A stretch of DNA of 64,000 nt from a virus, in IMG/VR virus record IMGVR_UViG_3300034112_001564, positions 8,420 through 72,419 of that record; one strand, 5' to 3'. Of the stretch, positions 37,155-47,000 are shown one piece after another. Positions within the stretch are counted from its first letter, which is position 1. Every line of letters starts with the position of its first letter. The notes under the pieces were generated by a model, which was given only the letters and a program-made list of their open reading frames with translations, was not told where the DNA came from and ran no database searches. Position numbers and translations under genes: made by a program.

Positions 37155-37528
37155 TAGAAGACCTCCTTCCAGTTCACGTCGACTGTCAGCTTGTTGGCGA
37201 CCGCCGCTGCGACATACAGACTTTGGTTTTCGAGAAGCCCGAATCCAAAAGTCTTGTCGATCACGACGAGGCTGTGACCGGCCTGAATCGGAATCTGATA
37301 GGCGATGTGAAACGGCGTGCCGACGTTTGCGGCGTCGTCGTACCTCGTCACCGTGACCGACACGGCGACTGACGGGTCGGCGTTAGCGACGATGACGGAG
37401 TCGACCAGAAGAAGCTTGCCGCTATCCACCGCGTTGCTGACCAGAGAGGTCGCTGCCGTCGACCCAAGCGAGACCTGATTATTATTCGCGAGGATCGTGC
37501 TTGCGTTGTTGATGTTTGGGTTTGCCAT
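37154..37528 (-). CDS. virion-associated beta-rich protein
   Basis: MANPNINNASTI...SVIVAN...LVVIDK...LLENQSL. Confidence 0.7.
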   Translation of the reverse strand: MANPNINNASTILANNNQVSLGSTAATSLVSNAVDSGKLLLVDSVIVANADPSVAVSVTVTRYDDAANVGTPFHIAYQIPIQAGHSLVVIDKTFGFGLLENQSLYVAAAVANKLTVDVNWKEVF

Positions 37529-37537
37529 CGATCCACC

Positions 37538-37996
37538 TCACGAGAGTGCCAATACTGTTCCGATTCGCACGCCGCTGCCGCTCGGTCCCATTGGCCCCAC
37601 GATCGACGAAATCGGCACGAGGTTGTTCCACGCCGTGTCGCCGACCAGTCGCCACTGGAGGTATGAGCCGGTCGACTGGAACTCCGGCCGCAAGGCCGGC
37701 AGCACGAGGCTCAAGGTCTGCGACGGTGCCGACCCCGTGATCGACACTGCGGCCGTCGGCCCCACGGCGACCGTTCCGATCGACAGCGTGTTTGGCGGCC
37801 CCAGGAGCGACGTAAGCGGCACGAGGTCGGTCCAGCTCGAGCTGGCGACCAGCTTCCACTGAACGTGCGTCGCGTTCGCCCGAAGCTCGGCCGGCAGGGG
37901 CAGCAAGTCGCCGACGTTGACGTTGACTGAGTCGCCGCCGGAAACGGAGACGCCCGCGGTGCCCGAGCCCGCGACCGTAATGTTGATTGCGCTCAT
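37538..37996 (-). CDS. tail fibre-associated protein
   Basis: two QWxLV...WxxLVP repeats; GPMGPSG. Confidence 0.6.
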   Translation of the reverse strand: MSAINITVAGSGTAGVSVSGGDSVNVNVGDLLPLPAELRANATHVQWKLVASSSWTDLVPLTSLLGPPNTLSIGTVAVGPTAAVSITGSAPSQTLSLVLPALRPEFQSTGSYLQWRLVGDTAWNNLVPISSIVGPMGPSGSGVRIGTVLALS

Positions 37997-38358
37997 GGGG
38001 CCACCGCCGTCACGCTGCCGCTGATGATCGTTCTCGTGATCTGCCCTGGAGCCACCCAGCGGAGATACCAGCGGTAGGTGGATGACGGCGACAGCAGGTT
38101 GGTCTGGGTCTCGGATAGCGCCACGGTCATGGAGCCGGCGGCTGCATCGGTGACAGTGATGGACGGTTGCGTCACCGTCGCTCCGATGCCACTGAGGGAC
38201 TCCACGCCCCCGCCCGTCGTGACCAAGTCGCTCTGGTAGACGTAGCTTTCCCACGAGTACCCAGAAACATTTCTCTGGATATTCACGGGCACGGTCAGTT
38301 CGTCCCCGCGGACGAAGCGCAGATTTAATTCCCCTGGCAGTAAAACGAAATCGGGCAC
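37993..38358 (-). CDS. BppU-like tail appendage protein
   Basis: LPGELNLRFVRGD...DAAAGSMTVALSETQT...YRWYL. Confidence 0.6.
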   Translation of the reverse strand: MPDFVLLPGELNLRFVRGDELTVPVNIQRNVSGYSWESYVYQSDLVTTGGGVESLSGIGATVTQPSITVTDAAAGSMTVALSETQTNLLSPSSTYRWYLRWVAPGQITRTIISGSVTAVAP

Positions 38359-38367
38359 GGCTTGGCC

Positions 38368-38664
38368 TCAGTGGGGTGCTTCGCCGGTCTTCTTCACGAC
38401 AGCCTGCTTGATTTCCTGCTGGCCGGCGGCGATTTCTTGGAGGGTTTCTGCCTGCTTGAACTGCGTTTTCCCGATTTCGTCGAGGGTTTCTCTCGTCGAA
38501 TCAAGGAATTCTGTGTGGGATTTGACGATCGGGACGAGCACGGTGCCGTGGAGCGTCACCGCCGCGTCCCTGAGAAACCAGATCATTACGGCCAGAATGA
38601 CGACCGGAACGCCGAACCTCTCGGCCACGCGGAACGCGGCCTCGGTGAACGATTCGCTTGACAT
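38368..38664 (-). CDS. holin-like membrane protein
   Basis: ERFGVPVVILAVMIWFL TM followed by coiled coil. Confidence 0.5.
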   Translation of the reverse strand: MSSESFTEAAFRVAERFGVPVVILAVMIWFLRDAAVTLHGTVLVPIVKSHTEFLDSTRETLDEIGKTQFKQAETLQEIAAGQQEIKQAVVKKTGEAPH

Positions 38665-38707
38665 CTGCCACTCCGCGAAAACTACAAAATGTCGGCTAGT
38701 AGCCTTC

Positions 38708-39235
38708 TTAAATTGTAGCAGCGGTCAGTTGCAGTCTGAGGGCATCCAAGGAGCCGGAATTGTCGATGATTCGGGCGACAAGAAGGTCGCTCACCCCCGC
38801 CTCGCTCGAGTGCGACGCCGAGGCGTCGTCGAGGCATCGCCACCCCGGCCGCACGACCCTCCACACCTCGCCGCCAGCGTCGATGATGGCTTTGGCCTCG
38901 TTGTCGAACCGAACGTCGGTTATGACGACGCCGCGGCCGGCGGCCAGTTCCGGCTTCGCCCGCTCGAGCGCGATCCGAATCCAGATTTCCTCGTGAACGC
39001 TGCCTCGACCCCACTCGGTGCCGAGGGTCTGGAGCATCTGCCTAGGCGACTTGCCGAGCCAGGGGATCAATGCCTCTTTCACGGCCCGGTCTTGAAGCCG
39101 GCCGACGGGGAGGCCCGTAATCGTCGAAATGCACTGATACAGCGGGTCTGCGAAGGCGATCTGCCGGAAATCGGTAAGAATTTCCGCCACCGTATTCTTA
39201 CCGGCCCCAGCCGGCCCGCAGAGTCCAATCAGCAT
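38708..39235 (-). CDS. deoxynucleoside monophosphate kinase
   Basis: GPAGAGKNT, AFADPL, PRQMLQTLGTEWGR, ITDVRFDNE, HSSE. Confidence 0.9.
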   Translation of the reverse strand: MLIGLCGPAGAGKNTVAEILTDFRQIAFADPLYQCISTITGLPVGRLQDRAVKEALIPWLGKSPRQMLQTLGTEWGRGSVHEEIWIRIALERAKPELAAGRGVVITDVRFDNEAKAIIDAGGEVWRVVRPGWRCLDDASASHSSEAGVSDLLVARIIDNSGSLDALRLQLTAATI

Positions 39236-39714
39236 TGAAAATCTCTCCCATCGAAGCGAATCGTGACCCCTACGCTGCCGGCCAGGAGCCTCTGGCTGAC
39301 TCCGGCCTCCTCGAGCATCCGCTCCGCCATCTCCACGTTCAGGAGCCAGCGTGCCGGCGTGGCGTTCCTCATGGCGACGAGGCCGACGACCTCCTTGATG
39401 CCAGCCTGGATGATCGCCCTGGCACAGTCGGTGCAGGCGAACCAGGGGCAGTAGAGCGTTGCCCCGGCAGTTGCCGCCCCCACCTCGGCGGCCTTGTAGA
39501 TCGCCGCTCGCTCGGCGTGCTCGACAAAGTGGTACTTGAACGGCCTCGCGAGCCTGTGGTCGGGGCGCGACACCCCCCGCGGCACGCAGTTGGCGGCGTA
39601 GATCGTGCCGCCGGCAGTCACCAGCACGGCTCCGTTCTGCGTGTCTGGGTCGTGGGAATTCTCCGCAGCGTAGCGGCAGGCGTCCCGCAGTCGCACGAAG
39701 TCGAAGTCGATCAT
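39229..39714 (-). CDS. dCMP deaminase
   Basis: SHDPDTQNGAV, HAERAAI, PWFACTDC. Confidence 0.88.
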   Translation of the reverse strand: MIDFDFVRLRDACRYAAENSHDPDTQNGAVLVTAGGTIYAANCVPRGVSRPDHRLARPFKYHFVEHAERAAIYKAAEVGAATAGATLYCPWFACTDCARAIIQAGIKEVVGLVAMRNATPARWLLNVEMAERMLEEAGVSQRLLAGSVGVTIRFDGRDFQC

Positions 39715-40886
39715 CGTGTCGGCCCCGCGATGTGCATGGCGGTCAGGCCGCCCTCGGGGAGGTAGATGAACGTCTCCATGCACTGTCGCGAGCAAATGTA
39801 GCCGCTCGCGGAATGCCACTCATCCGGTGGGGTGATCGACGGCGCAGTTCGCAGCACCACCGAATCAACGGACTCGATCGCCCGCTCGGCGGCCTGGGCG
39901 TGGAGGTGGCCGGTGTGAAACTCCCGATACCAGCACCGCGACCAATCAGCCGACGCCTCCATCGCCATGATCTGCGGCAGTCGCTTCTTCGCCTTGTCGC
40001 CGTGGGCCGCGCCGATGAGGTTGCTGCCGTGGGTGACGTACTGCCGGCGTGTGTAGTGCGGCGAGACGGCGACCCTGCCGTCATTGCGGAATCGCTCTTG
40101 AAGGATTCGGCGAAACGCGGCCGTCAGCGTCTCGTCGTGGTTGCCGTTCACGACGAGTACGTCTGTCGGCACAGTGGCCGCCGACCGCTCGACCAGCCCA
40201 AGCAGCGTATCGCAGCCGACTTGGATCATCTTCTGAAACCGACCGTCATTGTCCTGCGGAGTCCCTGCGGTCGTGTTGCCCGCGGGGCCGTCGGCGTTGA
40301 ATAAGTCGCCCAAGAACAAGATCGTGCGGCGGGCCGGCTGGTATGTGTCGCCGGTATCAATCAGGGACATGCCTGTCTCGCCGACCATCTTCTCGGCGAT
40401 CGACAGATCGTAGTCATCGTGGCCGGTCGACTTGGCCCAGGCGTATTTGCCAAAATGAGTGTCCGCGACGACCAGCACCTGCCAGAGATCGCCGCGAGAC
40501 TTCGGCTTGTTCGGCTTCTGCTTCGTCCTGGGCAGATTCGCTCCGGCGATCATCGCCTCGACGATTTCCTTGATGCCTGGGCCTGCCTTGGGCTTGAGCC
40601 TCACCCAGACGCGGTGAAGCTCAGTGACCGTTGGCTCGCCATTGGCGTCGGCGGTCGCGACCTCCCATTTGGTCGCCTCACTAGCCGCTACTTCGTAGCG
40701 GCTAGTGTCGGCCTCGATGTGCTTGAGGAGATCGTCGACCGTCTTGATTCGACGGCTCGTCGATCTCGCCTCGAGCGTGTCTCCGTCGCGACGCTGCGTC
40801 ACCTGCTCGGCGTCAGGGGCCGGCTTCGGGGTGGACGCCGCGGCTGCGGCCGAGAGGATGTCGCCGGTCAGCCCTGGGTCAGCCAT
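39711..40886 (-). CDS. calcineurin-like metallophosphoesterase
   Basis: ADTH, GDLF, GNHD, AHGD, GHLH. Confidence 0.85.
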   Translation of the reverse strand: MADPGLTGDILSAAAAASTPKPAPDAEQVTQRRDGDTLEARSTSRRIKTVDDLLKHIEADTSRYEVAASEATKWEVATADANGEPTVTELHRVWVRLKPKAGPGIKEIVEAMIAGANLPRTKQKPNKPKSRGDLWQVLVVADTHFGKYAWAKSTGHDDYDLSIAEKMVGETGMSLIDTGDTYQPARRTILFLGDLFNADGPAGNTTAGTPQDNDGRFQKMIQVGCDTLLGLVERSAATVPTDVLVVNGNHDETLTAAFRRILQERFRNDGRVAVSPHYTRRQYVTHGSNLIGAAHGDKAKKRLPQIMAMEASADWSRCWYREFHTGHLHAQAAERAIESVDSVVLRTAPSITPPDEWHSASGYICSRQCMETFIYLPEGGLTAMHIAGPTR

Positions 40887-41113
40887 CGTTGCACCTGCCG
40901 GTATTTGGCGACTTTGTAGCCGCGGGCGGAGATCTTCTCGACGATCGTCTTTGCCATCTGGCAGGCCGAGACACCCGTCGCCTCGGTTGTCTTTCGCCAG
41001 GAGTCGCGGACCTCAAGGATCGCGCTTTGGTGCTCTTCGGACAGAGCGTGAAACCAGCTTTGGTTTCCTGGCGACGGCCTTGCGCTTTCCAGAATCTCCT
41101 TGGCTAAGTCCAT
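40868..41113 (-). CDS. small hypothetical (possible HTH) protein
   Basis: 81 aa overlapping the phosphoesterase start; YRQVQRWL. Confidence 0.55.
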   Translation of the reverse strand: MDLAKEILESARPSPGNQSWFHALSEEHQSAILEVRDSWRKTTEATGVSACQMAKTIVEKISARGYKVAKYRQVQRWLTQG

Positions 41114-41234
41114 CCTGTTTTCCCTTGAGGTGAATCCACCCGTCGTCGTCGGGGATGCCGCCTCCGGCGATCTCCTCGTCGTCGTCCAGCTCAGGCGGGA
41201 GAATGACTCCCTTGGGTGGGGTTGCCTTGCCCAT
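41013..41234 (-). CDS. small acidic/basic hypothetical protein
   Basis: PPELDDDEE...PDDDGWIHL; follows a promoter. Confidence 0.45.
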   Translation of the reverse strand: MGKATPPKGVILPPELDDDEEIAGGGIPDDDGWIHLKGKQDGLSQGDSGKRKAVARKPKLVSRSVRRAPKRDP

Positions 41235-41241
41235 GACTAAT

Positions 41242-41270
41242 AGTGTCGCCTAGTAGTCTTTACTGGTCAA
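41242..41270 (-). promoter_or_regulatory. putative promoter of the nucleotide-metabolism block
   Basis: TTGACC-N17-GACACT. Confidence 0.5.
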
Positions 41271-41739
41271 TGCTGTTTCGGTGCGGCGTCGCCTTGCCCC
41301 ATTTACCAGCGGGGCATTCCTGATCAGCCCACGATAATTTGCTGACGTACCCGCGAATCCTCGCGACCGGGCAACCGCAGAGAGAGCAGGCATTGTTTTG
41401 CAGATGTTCGCACTGAAGGCAGATATCGTGCCGCCTGATGATCTCGTCGTCCGATGCCATCGGCATGCCTGCGGCGACGTGACCGGCGGCGGCAGAGGCG
41501 AGATTTCGTACCTTGGTCAAAAACGACGGCGCGCCGTGTCTGGAAAGCTGCGTTGCTACGGCCGCATCTTCCACGCTGTAACCCGGCTTCAGCGTCCTCG
41601 GATACCACGGGCTGTCAGTGTCGACGATCCACTCGTCGGCAGTCTGCGAGACAACGCACGGCATCACCTCTTCCAGCGTATAGCCTCGCTCGGCGCAACG
41701 CTCTTCAAGGTGCTCGCGGCGGCAACTGACTGTGTTCAC
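41260..41739 (-). CDS. Cys-rich protein (DUF6171-like C-terminus)
   Basis: RHDICLQC...CSLCGC...KLSWADQECPAGKW. Confidence 0.7.
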   Translation of the reverse strand: MNTVSCRREHLEERCAERGYTLEEVMPCVVSQTADEWIVDTDSPWYPRTLKPGYSVEDAAVATQLSRHGAPSFLTKVRNLASAAAGHVAAGMPMASDDEIIRRHDICLQCEHLQNNACSLCGCPVARIRGYVSKLSWADQECPAGKWGKATPHRNSIDQ

Positions 41740-42356
41740 GGCAGCGGGTTGTCCAACGAGTTTATGTGGCAATACGGGCTGGGCGGCGAAGAATACTCGC
41801 CGCTCAACTCAGAGCGAATCAGAGAAAAGCCATCCTTTTGCTTGGTCGGCACCTGTCCAAAAATGTAAGCCCAGTAGCCAGGGTCGCCCGAGGCTGGAAC
41901 ATAAGACTCCGACAATTCACGATCAACGTCGGGAATGTTTAAAAGCCCCCCTCCTCGGTTGAATAATGTGGGCTGACGAGACGGGATGTACGGGCTGGGT
42001 TCTCCACCCAGCAATCCACGACTCGGAGAGTTAAATGGATTCCTATTACCATACGAACCCGGCGGATACCTTGGCCCGCCCGTCACCGAAGGAAGCAAAG
42101 CCTCCGGGTATCCCGGGCAAAGCGACAGCGCGTCTGTAACCACATGCCCGTCGACAAGTCGCCCAGGAGGCGCGGGCGTCCCGAACTGATCCATCACAGC
42201 AAAGTCTTGATCTTGCGGCGTCAAAACGTATTGGTTGACTCCAAATGTTGGAATATCCCAGTCGTAGTGTGTGAAGTAGCGGTAAAACTTGTTCGTGCCG
42301 TCAAACGCACGGAACGCCGGGCAGCACTGCGGCGGATTGCAGCATGGACAAGCCAT
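41736..42356 (-). CDS. tail-associated protein with Cys-rich N-terminus
   Basis: MACPCCNPPQCC; GGAG RBS; visibly more AT-rich than its flanks. Confidence 0.6.
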   Translation of the reverse strand: MACPCCNPPQCCPAFRAFDGTNKFYRYFTHYDWDIPTFGVNQYVLTPQDQDFAVMDQFGTPAPPGRLVDGHVVTDALSLCPGYPEALLPSVTGGPRYPPGSYGNRNPFNSPSRGLLGGEPSPYIPSRQPTLFNRGGGLLNIPDVDRELSESYVPASGDPGYWAYIFGQVPTKQKDGFSLIRSELSGEYSSPPSPYCHINSLDNPLP

Positions 42357-42357
42357 C

Positions 42358-43002
42358 TCATATCTCCAGCGAAACGAACGTTGCCGTGAACGTGCCGGCC
42401 ACAACCGTGGCCGTCTGCGTACCGCTGATGGCGACGACGGTCGCCGTCTGCGTCGGGCCTGCCACTTGCAGAGAAGCAGTTGTCTTATTCAAGGTGATGC
42501 TGCAACTGCTGGTGTTAAAAACAGCAGACACGTCCGTTATCACCGTCACTGCGGAGGAGTTGGCAGACGCAAACGTGATGGATTGGGTGGCGTTTGGCCC
42601 GATAAAAGTGATCGACTGCGTGGACGTGGAAAACGCTCCGGTCGCGGCTGACATCTGAAAGCTAACCAGATACCACTGCGTGCCGTCCTTCGCGATGTTG
42701 ACGATCCTGCTTGTTGCCGTGCTCCTGGGAGCTGGCAGGCTGACGATCTTGTTGATTGCACTGACCGTGTTCGGCGTGGCCGTGACGCCGTAGAAGGTCA
42801 CTGTCTTCAACGTGTCTAACGACCATGCGCCGGCAGCGGTGCAGACGCGGAAGACCTTGGGGGCGTATGACTGCCCGTCGCCCTCGATCACCGTCGGTAT
42901 GCGGCTCACCGGCCCGCCGAACGGTATGGAGTCCACTTTCGCGATCGTGCTTTTCAGCTTCTCGCGGAGACTCTCGCCGATAAGGTATTTGCCGTCTGCC
43001 AT
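42358..43002 (-). CDS. minor tail protein
   Basis: Thr/Ser-rich beta repeats (TQSITF, TQTATVV); second gene after the tape measure. Confidence 0.6.
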   Translation of the reverse strand: MADGKYLIGESLREKLKSTIAKVDSIPFGGPVSRIPTVIEGDGQSYAPKVFRVCTAAGAWSLDTLKTVTFYGVTATPNTVSAINKIVSLPAPRSTATSRIVNIAKDGTQWYLVSFQMSAATGAFSTSTQSITFIGPNATQSITFASANSSAVTVITDVSAVFNTSSCSITLNKTTASLQVAGPTQTATVVAISGTQTATVVAGTFTATFVSLEI

Positions 43003-44078
43003 CAGGTAAACCAGCGTATTCCGAAGTTCGAGAAATTGCTGCCAAACGCCATTTCTGGCTGGATGCAGATGCGGTTGATCAGTACCCTTGGGTTCGCAGA
43101 CGGCGACCTTGGCGTGCCGTCGTCGTTCAGCGCCACGGGCTGTGCGGCGGGGCGTTGAACGTAGCCGCCGTCGCCTGCGGGGACCGTGACCATTGCCCTC
43201 GCCTTCTGCTGCTCAGTGCCAATGGCGAGCACTGGGAATGACCCGCCGACCAGCCATACCTTGCCTTCCCTGTGCTCAAGCGAAAGCGATCTCTGGTCTA
43301 CGTCTCCGCGGGAAAGGCCGCTGTTGTAGATGTTAAACCCCGTCTGCGGGACGGCCATATCCCAGCCGATTGCCTGGAAGCCGTGGCGGGTGAGTGTCCA
43401 GTGCGCCCTGACGGCAAACCCGAACGTCACCTTGAACCCCCTAAACGTCGTGTTGCCGAACTGCTCGACAACAGCGTTCGACGAGATGCTCTGCAACATG
43501 CAGCAATGGACGCCGATGGAGAGGTTGCTGAACGTGAACTGGTCGTTGTTCACATACCCGCAATAAGCAAGCAACTGGCTCATGTCGCTCGCCGAATACT
43601 GGTCGATGTTGATGTTCACGACCGGCTCGAGGCGAGTCACGCCATCGACGAGGTCTCCAACGGGATTGGCGGCCGGCACCCACGCCCCCGACGCGCCGCC
43701 CGTCACCGGAGCACCGCCCCACGCGGCGATCTCCGTCAGGGACGTAGTCATCGAATACATCGCCGGCCGGACGGTTGGCTCCTGAAGCCCAGGGTCGGTG
43801 CCACCGACGCTCGGGTTGCTGCGGTACTGGGCCGTGACGATGCGGACCAGCCGGCTCTCGCCATCCGCCTTCACGTCCAGGCTGACGCAAGGGATGGAGT
43901 TCTCGGAGCCAAGGGCGTCGCCGATGTTGACGCCGATTGCTTCCGCAATGTTGAACGACTCGTTTGGTGAGTTGAGCAGGATTTTCCACGTCCGCGTTGC
44001 CTGATCGGCAAGCTGCCCGCCATCGGCACTGCGGCTGAAGGATTTGCCCTGCGCGAGTTCTGATACGAGCTTCGGCAT
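43002..44078 (-). CDS. distal tail/baseplate protein
   Basis: 358 aa immediately after the tape measure; TAATG coupling. Confidence 0.6.
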   Translation of the reverse strand: MPKLVSELAQGKSFSRSADGGQLADQATRTWKILLNSPNESFNIAEAIGVNIGDALGSENSIPCVSLDVKADGESRLVRIVTAQYRSNPSVGGTDPGLQEPTVRPAMYSMTTSLTEIAAWGGAPVTGGASGAWVPAANPVGDLVDGVTRLEPVVNINIDQYSASDMSQLLAYCGYVNNDQFTFSNLSIGVHCCMLQSISSNAVVEQFGNTTFRGFKVTFGFAVRAHWTLTRHGFQAIGWDMAVPQTGFNIYNSGLSRGDVDQRSLSLEHREGKVWLVGGSFPVLAIGTEQQKARAMVTVPAGDGGYVQRPAAQPVALNDDGTPRSPSANPRVLINRICIQPEMAFGSNFSNFGIRWFT

Positions 44079-47000
44079 TACAGCAGGACTCCTGGGTTAC
44101 CTTCTTTGATCGCCCTAACGACCTCGTCCAGCTTGTCCGTCTGCTTCCGCAGCTCCGCGAGATTCACATCCTTCGCCGAGTCGTCGCCTCGGAGAAGCCT
44201 GTTGAGTTCGCTCTGGCCCTGGCTCGTCGACACGTCGGAGACGTTGAGGGCGGCGCGGGACGGGCCTTGGAGCAGGGCGTTCTGCCGCTCCTCTTGAAAC
44301 TGCTGGAGCATCGGGGCGACCTGCTCCATCTGGTTCTGGATGGCTTGGCGGAGGAAGGCTTGCGGGTTCTCGCCCTTGAGCAGCATATCGAGGGCATTGG
44401 CGTTAATGTCCGCACCCGCCCCCTCGGTGAATTCTTTGCGAAAACGCTCGCGGTCAGTCATGCCGAGATCGCGGCCTCGCAGGGCGCGGTCTCGGTCGTT
44501 CTGGATCATCCGCTCGATGTCGATGGCCTTCTGCTCATCGCGAGTGCCGTCGGCAATCATCAAGTCTCTTTCGGCGAGCATTCTGCGGCTGTCCTTTTGC
44601 CTCGCAATCCGCTCGTCCTTCTCTCTCTGCGTCAGCCCAACGCTCGCCTCTTTTTCGGCAAGCGCCGCGAGTCTCTCGTCATTCGCCGCGATCAACCTGT
44701 TGTTGGCTGCGAACAGCGGGTCTTGCTCTATTTCCTTTCGTTTGTTGTCCAGATCGTCTTGCAGCTTCTGGGCTAGCTCGCGGTCAGCACGAAGTTGCGC
44801 GTCGGCCGCGTTACGATCTGTGCGATTCTGCTCGGTCGGGTTGTTGATGTACCTCTCCTGGGCCTCATTCGCCTGACGCTCGCTGTCGGCGATGATCTGG
44901 TTCGCGGCGTCCATTCGCCTCTTGAAGGTCGGGTCTTCGGCGGCCCGCTGCCGGCTCTTTTCAAGCTCCTTCTCGCGGGCAGCGATGCCGTTGTTAATGG
45001 CGTCAAGCTGCTTTCTCTCTGCCTCTGTGAGGTTGCGGGCGAGGTGCTCGCGTTGGCGCATAAGCTCAATCTCGCGCTTCCTGGCTGCGTCAAGCTCATT
45101 CTGTTCAGCCGGATCAAGAGACCCAATCCTTGCTTTGGCCTCAAGGTCTGCCCGCCGCTGCGTAATGGCTTCAAACTCTTTGTTGATGCCCTGCATTCGC
45201 GGGTCGTTCTGCACCACGCCTCGCCGAATGTCCAAATCCACCTGAGCCTGCGCCACGCGAGCGCGGTCGTCGATTAACCTTCGCTCCGCATCGTCGCGAG
45301 ACTGGCCGCTGCCAGCCCGCAGGGGGTTCTCTTCAAACGCCTTCTGTGCGGCGTCTGCCCCTTGCTCGGATCGCTGCACCGCAGACTCGCCGACCTTGCG
45401 AATGCGGGTCAGCGCGGCCTCGACGGCGACGGCTGCTTCGGCGAATGCCGCAGCGGCCTCCGAGGCGCTCTGGGCGGCCTCAAGCTCTGCCTCTGCGGCC
45501 TTGATTTCTGCGTCAGACCCCTTTGCCGTCGCAACCTCGAGCTGCCCGCGAGCCTCAATCTCTCGGTCGATTGCGGCCTCAATGTACGCGGTCGTTCTAA
45601 TGCTATATTCGTCGCCTGCAAACCGCTCGTTTCCTTGAATCGACGCCAATGCGGCCGTCGTCCGCTCGCCGCCAAACGTGCGGCCGAGCCGCGTTTCGCG
45701 AGAGCGGAGGCGAATGCCAGCCCCCTCTGCCTCGACTTGGTCGATATTCGCCTTGGCCTCGTCTACCTTGGCCCGCTTCTTGTCAGGGTCGGTTTCCTTC
45801 TGGGCTTCCTCGAGCGATACATAGGCTTCTTTCAGCTTCTTGGCATTCGCATCAAGCTCACGCTGGAACGCTGCGGCATTCGGCACGCCCCTGCGAATCG
45901 CCTCCGCAACGTCCTCTTGGGCTTGGCGAATCTGGGCCGCGGGGCCGCGGGAGGACTCGGCGATTTCGTTAGCAGTCCTATTGATTTCCCTGAGGAGCGG
46001 AGCGCTCAGGGAGCCGAGGACAAGACGGAGTTCTGCGATCTCCTTTTTTGCCGTTGCCGCCTCGTTTGATGTCAAAAGCCCGCCTTCGATCTGCGTCGAC
46101 AGTTCCTTGATGCGAGCATCAACCTGCTCCCTCGCCTCGCTGACGCTCCCCGCCAACGGAACGGACGCAGCCCGTTCCATGAACGGCGCGGCTGCTCGAG
46201 CGGGAGCAAATGGGTCGTCGGGATTACTCGCTCCCTCGTCTCTCGCGGCGGCCACGGCCTGTGCTTCCAGAGACTCCCGCAACCTTTTCTGAATCTGACC
46301 AAAGTCTGGCGGCGGCGCGGAGACGGCGCGGTCGGCGGCGTCCCGCTCGCGTCGCCTGGAGTCCTCCAGTTGCCTCTGAAGCCCGACGATCTCGCCAACG
46401 TCTGTGCTCTTTTCGATATCATCTTGGAGCTTCCGCTGCTCGGCCCGCTCCTTGATCACTTCGGGATCGAAGTCGGCTACGTTATTTCGGATCGCCTCGT
46501 TCTGCTTCTTCCGAATGTCCTCCATCTGCCTCGAGAACTCTGCGGCCTGCTCGCCGCCGGCAGAGAAGGTGCCGCGCGACATCGCGTCGCCAAGCGACCT
46601 GAACGCCTGCGCCAAATCCTCGACAAGGCTCTTTTGTCGTGCCAGGGCTTCGTTGAGCGCCTTCGTCTGGTCTTCCGCCGACCGGCCATTGTTCGCCCAC
46701 TTAATGAGCCCGACGGCCGCCTGCCCCGCGATCACGGCACCCAGGCCGACGAACAGGCCCGTCGTTCCGCCGACTATAAAACCAAGCTGGGTGATGTTGT
46801 TGCTGACGGCGCGAAGCTTGAATTCAAGGCCGCCGGTAGAAGACATGAAGTCGTCTACGGCGAATATGGCTTGGTTAAGACCGAGGGCAAACTTGTCAGC
46901 GCCGGCTCGACCAACGTCGCCGATGCCCTTGACGAATGAAGCAGCTTCTGCCTTGCTCTTGAACAAGCCAGCGGCAAGGGCAGCCTCTCCAATCTTCTCT

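Noticed and set aside
25597-42356. Diversity-generating retroelement acting on tail fibres
   Set aside because: No reverse transcriptase and no adenine-specific TR/VR pair seen; the repeats are in-frame FN3 duplications.
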